Part shown: piece by piece, positions 22,819 through 31,110 of the stretch
Position numbering within the stretch: position 1 is the stretch's first letter
How the letters are laid out: the number at the start of each line of letters is the position of its first letter
IMG/VR virus record: IMGVR_UViG_3300017446_000010
Span: 1-42,036 of that record
DNA: 42,036 nt
Source of the DNA: a virus
Strand: one strand, 5' to 3'
Notes under the pieces: generated by a model
Database searches by the model: none
What the model was told of the DNA's origin: nothing
The model's input: only the letters and a program-made list of their open reading frames with translations
Program-made: the position numbers and the translations under genes

Positions 22819-25048
22819 TGGTGGCCTCCGGCTTGGTCATGTCACGGTCATGCCGCTCGACCTGGGTTGTCGTGTTCACTGCGTCGATTGCCTGGCGGTG
22901 GGTCATGTCGTCCTCACGCAGCGAGGAATCGACCTCGGCAAGGATCTGCGCCCGTTCGGTCACGTCGATCTTGGCCAACACCTCGGCGGTCCGCGCGCGT
23001 GCCAGATCGGCATTGGCCTCCGCGGTCAGGCGCTTCGTCTCAGCCTCGGCAAGCGATGCCTGCGCCTTCAGCGTCTCCGCCTTGGCGATCTCGACCTGTG
23101 CCTGTGCCAGAATGAGGTTCGGATCCTGCTGCTGGCCCTGCTGCTCCTTCGCCGCCTGGATCTCAGCCGCTTCCTGCTGGGTCGGCTCGACATAGCCAGC
23201 AGCGATACCGGCGCGGCGCTCCATGGCCTGGATGCCCTCCAGCCCCTCGCCCTCGGTATTGATGACAGCGACGCCCAACGCCGCGCGTGCGAGGTCGTTT
23301 GCACCGATGGTGGCAGCAACCGTCGCGACGTTCTCCATGACCTTGCGGGTAGCTTCCTTACGGGTCTTCGACGCAGGACCGACGTCAACGATCACGTCGT
23401 AATTACCGGTCGTGAAGTCGTTCTTGCGGTACTCACCGCCGTCCGAGTCCATCGCTTTCTGGTTCAGCCGGACACGCGACTTCTTCCCGTCGGGGCCGAT
23501 CGCGATCATCTCGCGGTCATCCTCGACGTACAGGTCTGCGGCCATGCCCTGATAGATGATCCCGCACCATTCCATGCTCTTGCGAAAGTTGTCCTTGTAG
23601 ATGAACGTCCGCATGTCCGAGCGGTCGTGCACCAGCTGGATAGCCTCGTCCGACGTGTTCGCCGGCACGGTCTCGACCTGATCCGCCTCGCCCGTCAGCT
23701 CCGCAATGTCGGATGCGGACACCTGAAGCAGCGCCGCCATGTTAGGCTGAACCTGCGCGACAGGGATGCTGCCGACGGGGTCCGACTTGATGATATTGCC
23801 CTCTGCGTCGAGGATCGGATTAAGCGGCAGGAACGCAGGGCGATTGACGCGACGGCCAGCCCACACATCCTCATAGCCAACGACCTGTTCGGGCAGCAGG
23901 ATCGGCGTATCATCGGCCGGTCCGCTCGCAGCTTCCGCTAGGCCCGACACGATCATGTTGTAGAGGCGGCTGGCGTCGATGCTGTCGCGTGTGTGACCCT
24001 TGAACCACTCGGTGCCGTTCAGGAACCAGCGCTTGGCGTAGAACGGCACGACCGGGATATGCCGGCCAGCGATCACGCCCTCGTCTTCCAGCACCTCGGC
24101 ACCGGTGAGCAGGTATTTGCGCACCCGCTGGCGCTTGATGCGGCGCTGGCGAACCTGCTCCCAGCCGGTCTGTGTCAGTTCGTCCTCGAGCTTCGTGCCG
24201 TCATCGCGCTCAGCCGTCAGCGTCGCGTCGTCCTCGGTCCGCTCTTCCGCGGTGCCAAGGTTCTTGAAGGTGCGGCGAAGAACGCTGTGATCATCAACGA
24301 CGTAGTATTCGGCCAGCCAGATGTCGTCAGGCGTGATCCACTCGTAGTTCCATTCGAGCGGTGTTGTGAAGGTCGATGGCGTGGCATCGGGGTACTGATC
24401 CTCGAACGCCTCGCGCGTCATTGCAAACAGCACGAATGCGAACCGGGCATCCGATTTGGTGTAGTTCTTGGCAGTGCGGTCAAAGAACACCGTGCGATCG
24501 GCGTCGTAGATCGGCAGCAGGTCGATACGCTGGTGCTCGTTGTCCTCGTCCTCGTCGTCCTCATAGCGAGCACGCAGACGCCATGCGCCCATCCCGCCGT
24601 TCGTGCCCTCATCATAGGCCGTGTCGAACGCGTCTTGCCCACCACCATCGGTATCGTTCATGTCGGCGCGGAACAGCCCGTCGAGGTTGTCCGCGTCCCG
24701 GCTGTTGCTGTCCTCGTCCTTCGGCTTGAAGTCGACGGTCACGCGGTTGGCGCGGTACTCGCTGAATATCCGGTTGAGCGCCTTTGCGACCTTGGGCACC
24801 TCGAGCCGCGGTGCGCCGCTGTCGATTGGCTCGCCCTTGTCGTCGACCGCGTCCGAGCCGACGGCGAACTGGCCGGCCCACATGCCTCCGCGTAGCGTCG
24901 AGAACGTGCGGTCGACCATCGCCTGCTTGCGGACGAGATGTTCGGCGCTCCAGATGTCGTCGAAGCGCTGCATCGCCAAGCGGTGGATATCCGCCCAGCG
25001 CTCAGCCTTGGTCTTGCGTGGTGGTGCGTCGGTCGGTTCGGTCGCCAT
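22802..25048 (-). CDS. Portal protein, P22 gp1 family, with C-terminal helical barrel
   Basis: GMGAWRLRARYEDDED matches P22 GVGAWRLVTDYEDQ. IKRQRVRKYLLTGAEVLEDEGVIAGRHIPVVP matches [38 protein letters not shown] matches KSDARH. Q/A-rich C-terminal coil. Confidence 0.92.
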   Translation of the reverse strand: MATEPTDAPPRKTKAERWADIHRLAMQRFDDIWSAEHLVRKQAMVDRTFSTLRGGMWAGQFAVGSDAVDDKGEPIDSGAPRLEVPKVAKALNRIFSEYRANRVTVDFKPKDEDSNSRDADNLDGLFRADMNDTDGGGQDAFDTAYDEGTNGGMGAWRLRARYEDDEDEDNEHQRIDLLPIYDADRTVFFDRTAKNYTKSDARFAFVLFAMTREAFEDQYPDATPSTFTTPLEWNYEWITPDDIWLAEYYVVDDHSVLRRTFKNLGTAEERTEDDATLTAERDDGTKLEDELTQTGWEQVRQRRIKRQRVRKYLLTGAEVLEDEGVIAGRHIPVVPFYAKRWFLNGTEWFKGHTRDSIDASRLYNMIVSGLAEAASGPADDTPILLPEQVVGYEDVWAGRRVNRPAFLPLNPILDAEGNIIKSDPVGSIPVAQVQPNMAALLQVSASDIAELTGEADQVETVPANTSDEAIQLVHDRSDMRTFIYKDNFRKSMEWCGIIYQGMAADLYVEDDREMIAIGPDGKKSRVRLNQKAMDSDGGEYRKNDFTTGNYDVIVDVGPASKTRKEATRKVMENVATVAATIGANDLARAALGVAVINTEGEGLEGIQAMERRAGIAAGYVEPTQQEAAEIQAAKEQQGQQQDPNLILAQAQVEIAKAETLKAQASLAEAETKRLTAEANADLARARTAEVLAKIDVTERAQILAEVDSSLREDDMTHRQAIDAVNTTTQVERHDRDMTKPEATNGDAA

Positions 25049-25101
25049 GAACCGACCAGTTACGCGCGTGCGAGGCGTTGGTCATTTGGGGGTTTTTGGG
25101 G

Positions 25102-25335
25102 TTAAGATCGAGGCTGGGCGTTTTTCCCACACGCAGTCTCCTCGGGTCGCGTTATCTCGGCAAAGTGGCTGAAGCACGACAGATCGACAGACCCCATCTC
25201 ATAATACGGGATGTACCACCCGTGAAACGTATGATTGTACGATGCGATTACCGCCTCATCCTCCCACCAAAACAACATATGGCGCCCATCCGCTGCATCT
25301 TCCGGCATTTCCGCAATTGGCTTCCAATCAGTCAT
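25102..25335 (-). CDS. DUF551-like small protein, 77 aa
   Basis: MTDWKPIAEMPEDAADGRHMLFWWEDE... resembles the DUF551 W-x-x-I-x-E-x-P pattern. Internal ATG of track ORF 25102..25377. Confidence 0.5.
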   Translation of the reverse strand: MTDWKPIAEMPEDAADGRHMLFWWEDEAVIASYNHTFHGWYIPYYEMGSVDLSCFSHFAEITRPEETACGKNAQPRS

Positions 25336-25528
25336 TGCAAGCCTCACTCTCAATCGCCCGTCGCACGATAGCAACAATCTCTACAGCGTGGTCATGCGCG
25401 TTCATCGGCTCGCCGTCTTCCCATCCCAATTGGCCCAGCGCATTGACGACCGGGTCGGGGTGAGGCTGTCGCTCGCCGCTGATGCGACTGAATGTGAAAG
25501 TGCCTAGTCCTGTCGCCATGATACCCAT
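25328..25528 (-). CDS. Hypothetical protein, 66 aa
   Basis: Has an 8-nt overlap with the downstream gene and is preceded by an AT-richer spacer (25529-25574). Confidence 0.45.
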   Translation of the reverse strand: MGIMATGLGTFTFSRISGERQPHPDPVVNALGQLGWEDGEPMNAHDHAVEIVAIVRRAIESEACND

Positions 25529-25574
25529 CCTATCGATTTGCTGTGTCCGATAACTGCTATTCTAGGACATAAGT

Positions 25575-26921
25575 CTAGCGCCTGAAGCCGCCCGTCATAG
25601 ATGGCACTGAGACCGCCGCTGGCGCCTTCTTGCGCGGCGCGACGATCGCAGGAAACAGCTCCGCCAATGCCCAGATCAGCGCGTCGGCTCGGTTGGGACT
25701 GTCGCCGCCCAAATAGCCGTTCGTGCTGAAGGCTGTCAGCTCCTCCTCAAGCTCGACGAACTTGCCGACGTGGCGGACCTTACCCTGCTCGTACAGTGAC
25801 GAGAATGGCTCTGCGCGGACTGTCTTGCCCCGTGACGCTGTGACCTGCTTAAACGGTGTCCTGCTCCGCGCCGCCTGGATGGTCGCATTGACCATTGCGC
25901 CGCCATAATTGATCTCGCCGACGACAATGTCTGCCTCGTGCCGATCAAACGCGCCGGTTGCCACCCTGCCCCATGTCAGCGGGCCAGCCTTCACCGTGCA
26001 ATCCTCCATGACGTAGGCGTTCCCATCGGTGCCCAGCCCCGCGACGACGATGCCGATCGCGTCGTTATCCGCGTTGTCGACATCACCCGATCCCGAGGGG
26101 TCGACTGCCACGACGATGCGGACCATGTCCGGCACGATGCCGTCGATCACCCGCCAGCGCTCGATTACCTCGTCAGTGAACAGCGCGCCCGGCGTAGCGT
26201 CACCGAACTCACCATCGAGAAAGCGCCGGCGCATGCGGGCCGACATACCCTGCAGCGTTTCAAGATAGTCGTCTGCGATGTTCGCCTGGTTGTCGCCCGG
26301 GTTAATGCGGAACCACGCGTACGACTCCGGATTGCGCAATGGCTCACGGGTTTCCGGATCTACCTTCTGAATGAACTGCCGATATGACCAGTGTGCCTTC
26401 GATGGCGGGTTCTCGTCGTAGTATATCCGCGGCTTAAGCGGCTTGGCGGTCAGGTGTTCGCCTACCTGCTCAACGCTTTGCGCCAACCGGGTGGTAACGA
26501 GGTTGATGCTCGCCAATGGGATCTGGCTGCACTCGTTCAGGTAGAGGGTGACGAACTCCATTCCGAGAATCTTTTCCGCCCTCTCCTTGTCGTCTAGCCC
26601 GCCGAACCAGATCTGCGCGCCGTTCTCGAACGTCACATACCAGTCGGTCTTGTCCATCTTCGACACTACGCCGGGAAAGGCGATCTGCATCACCTTCAGG
26701 AACGTGTCGTTGATGATCGACGCCTTTACCGAGTTGAACCGGTAACGGAATATCCCGTGCCTTGAATTGGGCGCCTTCAGAGCGCGCGCAACCACATTGC
26801 GCACCAGCAGGAACGTCTTACCCGATCGGGATCCACCAAGCAGCATGATGTGCTTAGCGGCACCGGCGAGGATAACCTGCGCCTCCTCCTGCTTGGGCGT
26901 GAACCTAAATGTCGTCGTCAT
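25575..26921 (-). CDS. terL: Terminase large subunit
   Basis: Walker A LLGGSRSGKTF. Nuclease-half acidic motifs (VAVDPSGSG, GIVVAG). 448 aa, directly after TerS. Confidence 0.9.
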   Translation of the reverse strand: MTTTFRFTPKQEEAQVILAGAAKHIMLLGGSRSGKTFLLVRNVVARALKAPNSRHGIFRYRFNSVKASIINDTFLKVMQIAFPGVVSKMDKTDWYVTFENGAQIWFGGLDDKERAEKILGMEFVTLYLNECSQIPLASINLVTTRLAQSVEQVGEHLTAKPLKPRIYYDENPPSKAHWSYRQFIQKVDPETREPLRNPESYAWFRINPGDNQANIADDYLETLQGMSARMRRRFLDGEFGDATPGALFTDEVIERWRVIDGIVPDMVRIVVAVDPSGSGDVDNADNDAIGIVVAGLGTDGNAYVMEDCTVKAGPLTWGRVATGAFDRHEADIVVGEINYGGAMVNATIQAARSRTPFKQVTASRGKTVRAEPFSSLYEQGKVRHVGKFVELEEELTAFSTNGYLGGDSPNRADALIWALAELFPAIVAPRKKAPAAVSVPSMTGGFRR

Positions 26922-27276
26922 GCGCCTGCATCGGAATGAACGTCACCCCTCCCTTGTGGCTTACTTCCGCCTTTTCACGCCAATCCTCGGGGAAGCGCGC
27001 GGCCATGCTCTTGCCGTAGACCGAAGCGTTAAACTTCGGATCAGCAAGGCCGTCCTGCCCTGCATCCTCCCACCAGCGCTGCGCCAAATCCTTCGCACGC
27101 ATCATGGCGTCTAAAAATTCAGGATGCGCATCCTCCCAATTGTGCAGCGTCTGGCGAACGACACACAGCTCGGAAGCGATCCAGGCGCGCGATTTCCCTG
27201 CTCGCCCGTATTCGATCACCGCCTCGCAATAAGCCGGGTCGTAATCGGTCGGCCTCCCTACATCACCCACAAGCAT
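26905..27276 (-). CDS. terS: Terminase small subunit
   Basis: GRPTDYDPAYCEAVIEYGRAGKSRAWIASELCVVRQTLHNWEDAHPEFLDAMMRAK is the typical TerS HTH N-terminus. Overlaps the terL start. Confidence 0.75.
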   Translation of the reverse strand: MLVGDVGRPTDYDPAYCEAVIEYGRAGKSRAWIASELCVVRQTLHNWEDAHPEFLDAMMRAKDLAQRWWEDAGQDGLADPKFNASVYGKSMAARFPEDWREKAEVSHKGGVTFIPMQAHDDDI

Positions 27277-27529
27277 TCCTCCGCTTCAAATCCCTGATTC
27301 TCGTCCGCACCGCATGTGGTGTGCGCCCCAGCTGGTCTGCAATCACATGCGCCGGCGTAAGCTTGAACCGGCTGAGCCTCGACAGCTCGCGGTCGTCTGC
27401 TGCGGTCCAGATGCGGCGACGGTGCTTCTGCACCACTTGCACCAGCATATCGGATTCCTCCTGGGTCAGCACCTCGCCAGCCCGGCAAAGGCGGTCCGCG
27501 AAGTGAATTGCGATGTCCTCGGTCTTCAT
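27263..27529 (-). CDS. Myb/SANT-like HTH protein, 88 aa (possible late-gene regulator or packaging accessory)
   Basis: The ATG at 27529 has a strong AAGGAG SD 7 nt upstream. IWTAADDRELSRL...IADQLGRTPHAVRTRIRDL is a Myb-like repeat. Confidence 0.55.
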   Translation of the reverse strand: MKTEDIAIHFADRLCRAGEVLTQEESDMLVQVVQKHRRRIWTAADDRELSRLSRFKLTPAHVIADQLGRTPHAVRTRIRDLKRRNACG

Positions 27530-27636
27530 GCCGTCGCTCCTTGCTGATACTGCTGTGTGGTCCTGACCCATCGCCCCTCGCACTGGACCCATCCGTGAGA
27601 GAGGAGCCATGCGGTGCCTTGGTCTCTGGTCTTCAT
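27526..27636 (-). CDS. Possible 36-aa bridging ORF
   Basis: ATGA overlaps at both ends link the 121-aa gene to the Myb-like gene. Sequence: MKTRDQGTAWLLSHGWVQCEGRWVRTTQQYQQGATA*. Confidence 0.3.
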   Translation of the reverse strand: MKTRDQGTAWLLSHGWVQCEGRWVRTTQQYQQGATA

Positions 27637-27998
27637 GCGGAGGTGGCCGGGGTGGCGATCTGCGCGTCGTGCGGATGTAGGAGCCGCTCGAGTTCAAGGT
27701 CATCGCATGGTTGATAGTCAGCAACACGGTCCGGATGGTTGCGGCTATCCCAGCTTGTGTCGCCCGCGGAGGTGTCTGGCGGAACCATGCCAGCCTGCGC
27801 CATAATGCCAGCATCGTACCCGGCGCGTTCGGCCATCGCCATTGCATTGGCGAACCATCCGACCAGAACACCGGTAGCGTCGTCACGCATAGGCCCACCG
27901 AGCAGTTCTGCGTCAGGATACTGGTCGATGAACTCCTTTGCCCATGCCATTGCGTCAGTCCCGAGGCGTTCGAGCATTTCTCCGGGTGTCTCACTCAC
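27633..27998 (-). CDS. Hypothetical protein, 121 aa
   Basis: ATGA overlap with the upstream DUF3307 gene. Sequence: MSETPGEMLERLGTDAMAWAKEFIDQYPD... Confidence 0.6.
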   Translation of the reverse strand: MSETPGEMLERLGTDAMAWAKEFIDQYPDAELLGGPMRDDATGVLVGWFANAMAMAERAGYDAGIMAQAGMVPPDTSAGDTSWDSRNHPDRVADYQPCDDLELERLLHPHDAQIATPATSA

Positions 27999-28345
27999 AG
28001 CGCGTCTCCTAGCTTATGGGATGGTGTCTCGAGGGTGGTGGCGAGGATCGACCAGAGGACCTTGCAGACAACGTGAATGGCTTGGTCCTGATTGAAGGAC
28101 AGCTTGCCCCGGCACTTGAAATCGTCGGTCAGGGCGTGAATTGCGGTCTCGGCCAGCCCCAAAACGGGCGAGCGTGTGATGACGGCGACAGCCGCACCGT
28201 GGATCACCGCATGCGCACCGAGTGCCTGATACCAAGGTACGCCGGGGATGGGCGCCGTTCGGTTCTTGGCCTTGGCGAGGAAGTCACCCTGCAATGGATA
28301 ATCGGCCAACGCATGCGCACCGATCATCGCGAATAGCTTGTTCAT
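27995..28345 (-). CDS. DUF3307-family protein
   Basis: HALADYPLQGDFLAKAK... matches the DUF3307 HxLxDFxLQ signature. Hydrophobic segments. Confidence 0.6.
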   Translation of the reverse strand: MNKLFAMIGAHALADYPLQGDFLAKAKNRTAPIPGVPWYQALGAHAVIHGAAVAVITRSPVLGLAETAIHALTDDFKCRGKLSFNQDQAIHVVCKVLWSILATTLETPSHKLGDAL

Positions 28346-28539
28346 GCCGTCTTCCCCTTTGGTATGCCCTCAATGGCTGTTGCGATGGCCCTCAACTGCG
28401 CCGCGAGCCTTGGCTGCGGCACCTGCTCGATCGTCGTGAACCGGTGGTCGTTCAGGCACTGACGGCGACGACGCACCCCGTTCGGGATCAGGCGGCTGTC
28501 GATCACCTCGGAGCCCTTGTTGCAGGTGGGGCAGTTCAT
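28342..28539 (-). CDS. NrdR-like zinc-ribbon protein lacking the ATP-cone
   Basis: MNCPTCNKGSEVIDSRLIPNGVRRRRQCLNDHRFTTIEQV parallels the NrdR N-terminus MHCPFC....VIDSR......RRRRxC..C..RFTTxE. Only 65 aa. Confidence 0.65.
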   Translation of the reverse strand: MNCPTCNKGSEVIDSRLIPNGVRRRRQCLNDHRFTTIEQVPQPRLAAQLRAIATAIEGIPKGKTA

Positions 28540-28725
28540 TCAGGAGTCCTTCCAGAATGTGTCGACATCCCATTCACTGCCCGTGCGAGACCAGCGCAGC
28601 GCGTTGACCGGGTAGGCGTAGAGAGACGAGCGGCCGTTTGCCCATGTGACGCGGACCTTTGCGTCGTCGGGCCAGCGAGTGGGCGCGCGGCCGGGGTTAT
28701 CGAAGCGGCGATCACGCTGCTGCAC
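28540..28725 (-). CDS. Hypothetical small protein (about 61 aa; start uncertain)
   Basis: Track ORF 28540..28800 overlaps the methylase 3' end. An in-frame GTG at 28725 reduces the overlap to 14 nt. Sequence: ...ALRWSRTGSEWDVDTFWKDS. Confidence 0.4.
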   Translation of the reverse strand: MQQRDRRFDNPGRAPTRWPDDAKVRVTWANGRSSLYAYPVNALRWSRTGSEWDVDTFWKDS

Positions 28726-29422
28726 CGAACAACGACCCTTGGCGTTGAGCGTCCTCGATGCGCTTGCAAGCAAGCTCGAAGGCAGCGGGATCAATCTCAA
28801 TGCCGGTAAAGCGTCGGCCCTCGATCATGCACGCAACACCGGTTGTGCCCGCGCCCATGAACGGGTCGCACACGAGGTGACCCGGCTTGCTGTAGTCGCA
28901 GACAATAAGCTGCATCAGGCGGGTTGGCTTGCCGCCCATACGGGCCTTATCGTCCCAGCCCGGGCCGGCGACGTAGCCCCCGGGGAGCGTACCCCACTTG
29001 AAGTTCGCCTTGGTGCGGGCAACCACAATAAGGTCAGTCCACGAGGATGGGCCGTCGCCAGCCATGCGAATGCTTCGCCCGGGGTGATAGTAGGGCAGCG
29101 GCACAAACGTGGTGCGCCCAAGGGTAGTCAGGGCGCGGCGAGCATGATTTGCCAGCTCGAAGTCAGTCAACCAGACAATCCAGCCAGCGCCGGTTTTGTG
29201 GAAGTCGGCTGCGAGGCTTTCAACATCTGCGGGCGTCATGGCGGAGTAGCAGAGTTCGGCGCGGCCCTCACGGCGATGCGAGGCATCGTCGTGGTTGGCG
29301 TGCGTTCGGTCACTGTACGGCGGGTCGGTGATGATCTCGTCAACTGCGACAAGCGACGGCAGAATCTCGCGCGCGTCCCCGAGGTACAGGGTAGCGTTCC
29401 CGATGACCTCGACGCGGCTCAT
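28712..29422 (-). CDS. DNA methyltransferase, beta-class N6-adenine/N4-cytosine (DPPY), with no cognate nuclease
   Basis: Motif IV IITDPPYS precedes motif I VCDPFMGAGTTG, the beta-group order of the N6_N4_Mtase family. Confidence 0.85.
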   Translation of the reverse strand: MSRVEVIGNATLYLGDAREILPSLVAVDEIITDPPYSDRTHANHDDASHRREGRAELCYSAMTPADVESLAADFHKTGAGWIVWLTDFELANHARRALTTLGRTTFVPLPYYHPGRSIRMAGDGPSSWTDLIVVARTKANFKWGTLPGGYVAGPGWDDKARMGGKPTRLMQLIVCDYSKPGHLVCDPFMGAGTTGVACMIEGRRFTGIEIDPAAFELACKRIEDAQRQGSLFGAAA

Positions 29423-30072
29423 GCCATCCCCTCCAGTGCGGAAGGATCAAACGGCACGCGGGCCGGTGCCTCGTATGGCTTGGTCGGCCCCTGGTAGAGC
29501 GCGCGGGAAACATACGACCCGTCCGACAGGCGGCGCATAGCCCCCTGCTCCACCGCGATGCGCAGCCACTTGTCGGGGACGTCGCCGATCGGTTGGCCGT
29601 TGCGGATGTTGACCAGCCAGTGTGCAAACCGGTTCTCGGCGAAGTCAGCGCATAGGCGAAGCGCGGTTTCGCGATCCGATGCCGGGGGCCGGTAGTTGGC
29701 GATCAGGTCGAGGCATTGCCGCGGCGTCGGGAACCAGTCGTAGGTCCGGCAGGCCTCGCGAGCCATGAACTGCAGAGCCTCATTGGAATACTGGCCCAGC
29801 AGCGAAACGTAGACCGCAAACCGACGCCGGCCGCTTTCGTCATCCACGTTCTTGGATGGGAGCGTAGCGGCAAGGAACTCGAGGTGCTTTTCGATCTGCT
29901 CGGTCGATGCGGCGGGCTGCGCGACCATCGGTGCGCTCTCGGCCCATGCCCGCAGCGCGTTGCATTCCTCAACCGTTTGCGGCGCGACGACGTTCACCGG
30001 ATTCGCGGATCGCGTTGAGGAAACCGTCATTGGAACGCGGAGCTGATCCACGATTGATGCGAACCGATCCAT
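29419..30072 (-). CDS. Hypothetical replication-module protein (start uncertain: 30072, 30030 or 29928)
   Basis: Its stop overlaps the methylase ATG (ATGA). The longest ORF overlaps the initiator gene by 104 nt. Confidence 0.5.
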   Translation of the reverse strand: MDRFASIVDQLRVPMTVSSTRSANPVNVVAPQTVEECNALRAWAESAPMVAQPAASTEQIEKHLEFLAATLPSKNVDDESGRRRFAVYVSLLGQYSNEALQFMAREACRTYDWFPTPRQCLDLIANYRPPASDRETALRLCADFAENRFAHWLVNIRNGQPIGDVPDKWLRIAVEQGAMRRLSDGSYVSRALYQGPTKPYEAPARVPFDPSALEGMA

Positions 30073-30751
30073 TCTTGCTTCTCCAGTCGTTGTCGGCTCG
30101 GTCGAGCCAATTTTCCCAGGCGATCTGCCAATTCAGTTTCCGGCCCTTGCCGCGCTCGTTGCTGGCGTTTGCGGCCCACCGGTGCAGGGCCTCCAGCTCG
30201 TCCCCGATCTTGCCGGGTGGCCACTCCGAGACCTTCGCTCCGATCTTCTCGGAGAGTGCTTTCGTGGGGGTCCAGTCAGCAGGCAGACGATGATACCGAT
30301 CAGCAGCGACAGCCGGCGCTCGCGACCTCGTAGGTTGCGGAGCAACCGGAGAGGTAATGGTGGTTACTGGTAGATTGGGTGCCACTGTGACGGGGGTCGG
30401 CGACTGTGTGACGGGGGTGTCACTGTGACGGGTGTCAGCCTGACGGGGGTTAGGGGTGCCACACTGACGGGGGTGGACTAGGTAAATCCTTCCTTTCCCC
30501 GGCTTTTCCTCCCAATCGATATGACCGGCATCCTTGAGAGCCTGAACAGCCCGTTGAACGGTACGCTCGGACAGCTTGGTCTTGCCGGTCAGGCCAGATG
30601 GGCCATTGATCCCAGGCCAGCACTTGGCTTCATCATTCGACATGATGGCGAGCACGGTCAGCACGCTTTGCTCAGGCGCGCTGATACCGTCGACGCCCAT
30701 AGCGGCGCGGCACAGGTCGAACCCGGTTAGCAAGGCGGGCTTTGCGCTCAT
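29969..30751 (-). CDS. Replication initiator-like HTH protein (HTH_36 type) with internal iterons
   Basis: N-terminal wHTH: ISAPEQSVLTVLAIMSNDEAKCWPGINGPSGLTGKTKLSERTVQRAVQALKDAGHI. A central P/T/Q linker is encoded by five TGACGGGGG repeats. Confidence 0.65.
   Translation of the reverse strand: MSAKPALLTGFDLCRAAMGVDGISAPEQSVLTVLAIMSNDEAKCWPGINGPSGLTGKTKLSERTVQRAVQALKDAGHIDWEEKPGKGRIYLVHPRQCGTPNPRQADTRHSDTPVTQSPTPVTVAPNLPVTTITSPVAPQPTRSRAPAVAADRYHRLPADWTPTKALSEKIGAKVSEWPPGKIGDELEALHRWAANASNERGKGRKLNWQIAWENWLDRADNDWRSKNGSVRINRGSAPRSNDGFLNAIRESGERRRAANG
30378..30475. promoter_or_regulatory. Iteron cluster, putative origin of replication inside the initiator gene
   Basis: TGACGGGGG at 30388, 30409, 30441 and 30465, plus the variant TGACGGGTG at 30426. 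The outer copies extend to GGTGCCAC(A)CTGTGACGGGGGT. Confidence 0.65.
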
Positions 30752-31110
30752 GCAGACACCGGCACGTTGTGCGAGCGCAGGAAGGCCGAAACCTCGTCGA
30801 TCGAGCGGGCGACGGTCCAGCCGCCCCCTGCCCCAACGATCGCATCCGATGCGTCCTTTTGGGCATCCGTAAGCTTGCCTTTGGCCGTCTTGAGCTCGAC
30901 CGCGAACAGGCGCCCATCCCAGACGATCAGGATGTCAGGCGTGCCGTTCTTGACCCCAGCCAGCTTCATGCGGCGGGACTGGATGGCGCGGCGCTTCACG
31001 TCCCCGCCAAGGAACGCGCCGTTGGCAGTTGCAGTCCACCACGACGCGCGCGGGAGCGCTACGTTGAGGTAGGCGGCGACCGATGCCTGCAAGGCGTCCT
31101 CGGGGCGCAT
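30748..31110 (-). CDS. VRR-NUC domain nuclease
   Basis: LQASVAAYL...GVKNGTPDILIVWDGRLFAVELKTAKGKLTDAQ is the PD-(D/E)xK / VRR-NUC core. Confidence 0.8.
   Translation of the reverse strand: MRPEDALQASVAAYLNVALPRASWWTATANGAFLGGDVKRRAIQSRRMKLAGVKNGTPDILIVWDGRLFAVELKTAKGKLTDAQKDASDAIVGAGGGWTVARSIDEVSAFLRSHNVPVSA

Noticed and set aside
22850-23941. 363-aa + strand ORF, plus 23993..24895 (300 aa)
   Set aside because: Both are antisense to the P22-type portal gene. They have Arg/Leu/Asp-rich low-complexity translations, so they are shadow ORFs.
27263-27994. 243-aa - strand ORF
   Set aside because: It is a composite read-through frame overlapping the 121-aa gene. Only the C-terminal 88 aa, with an AAGGAG SD and a Myb-like motif, are credible.
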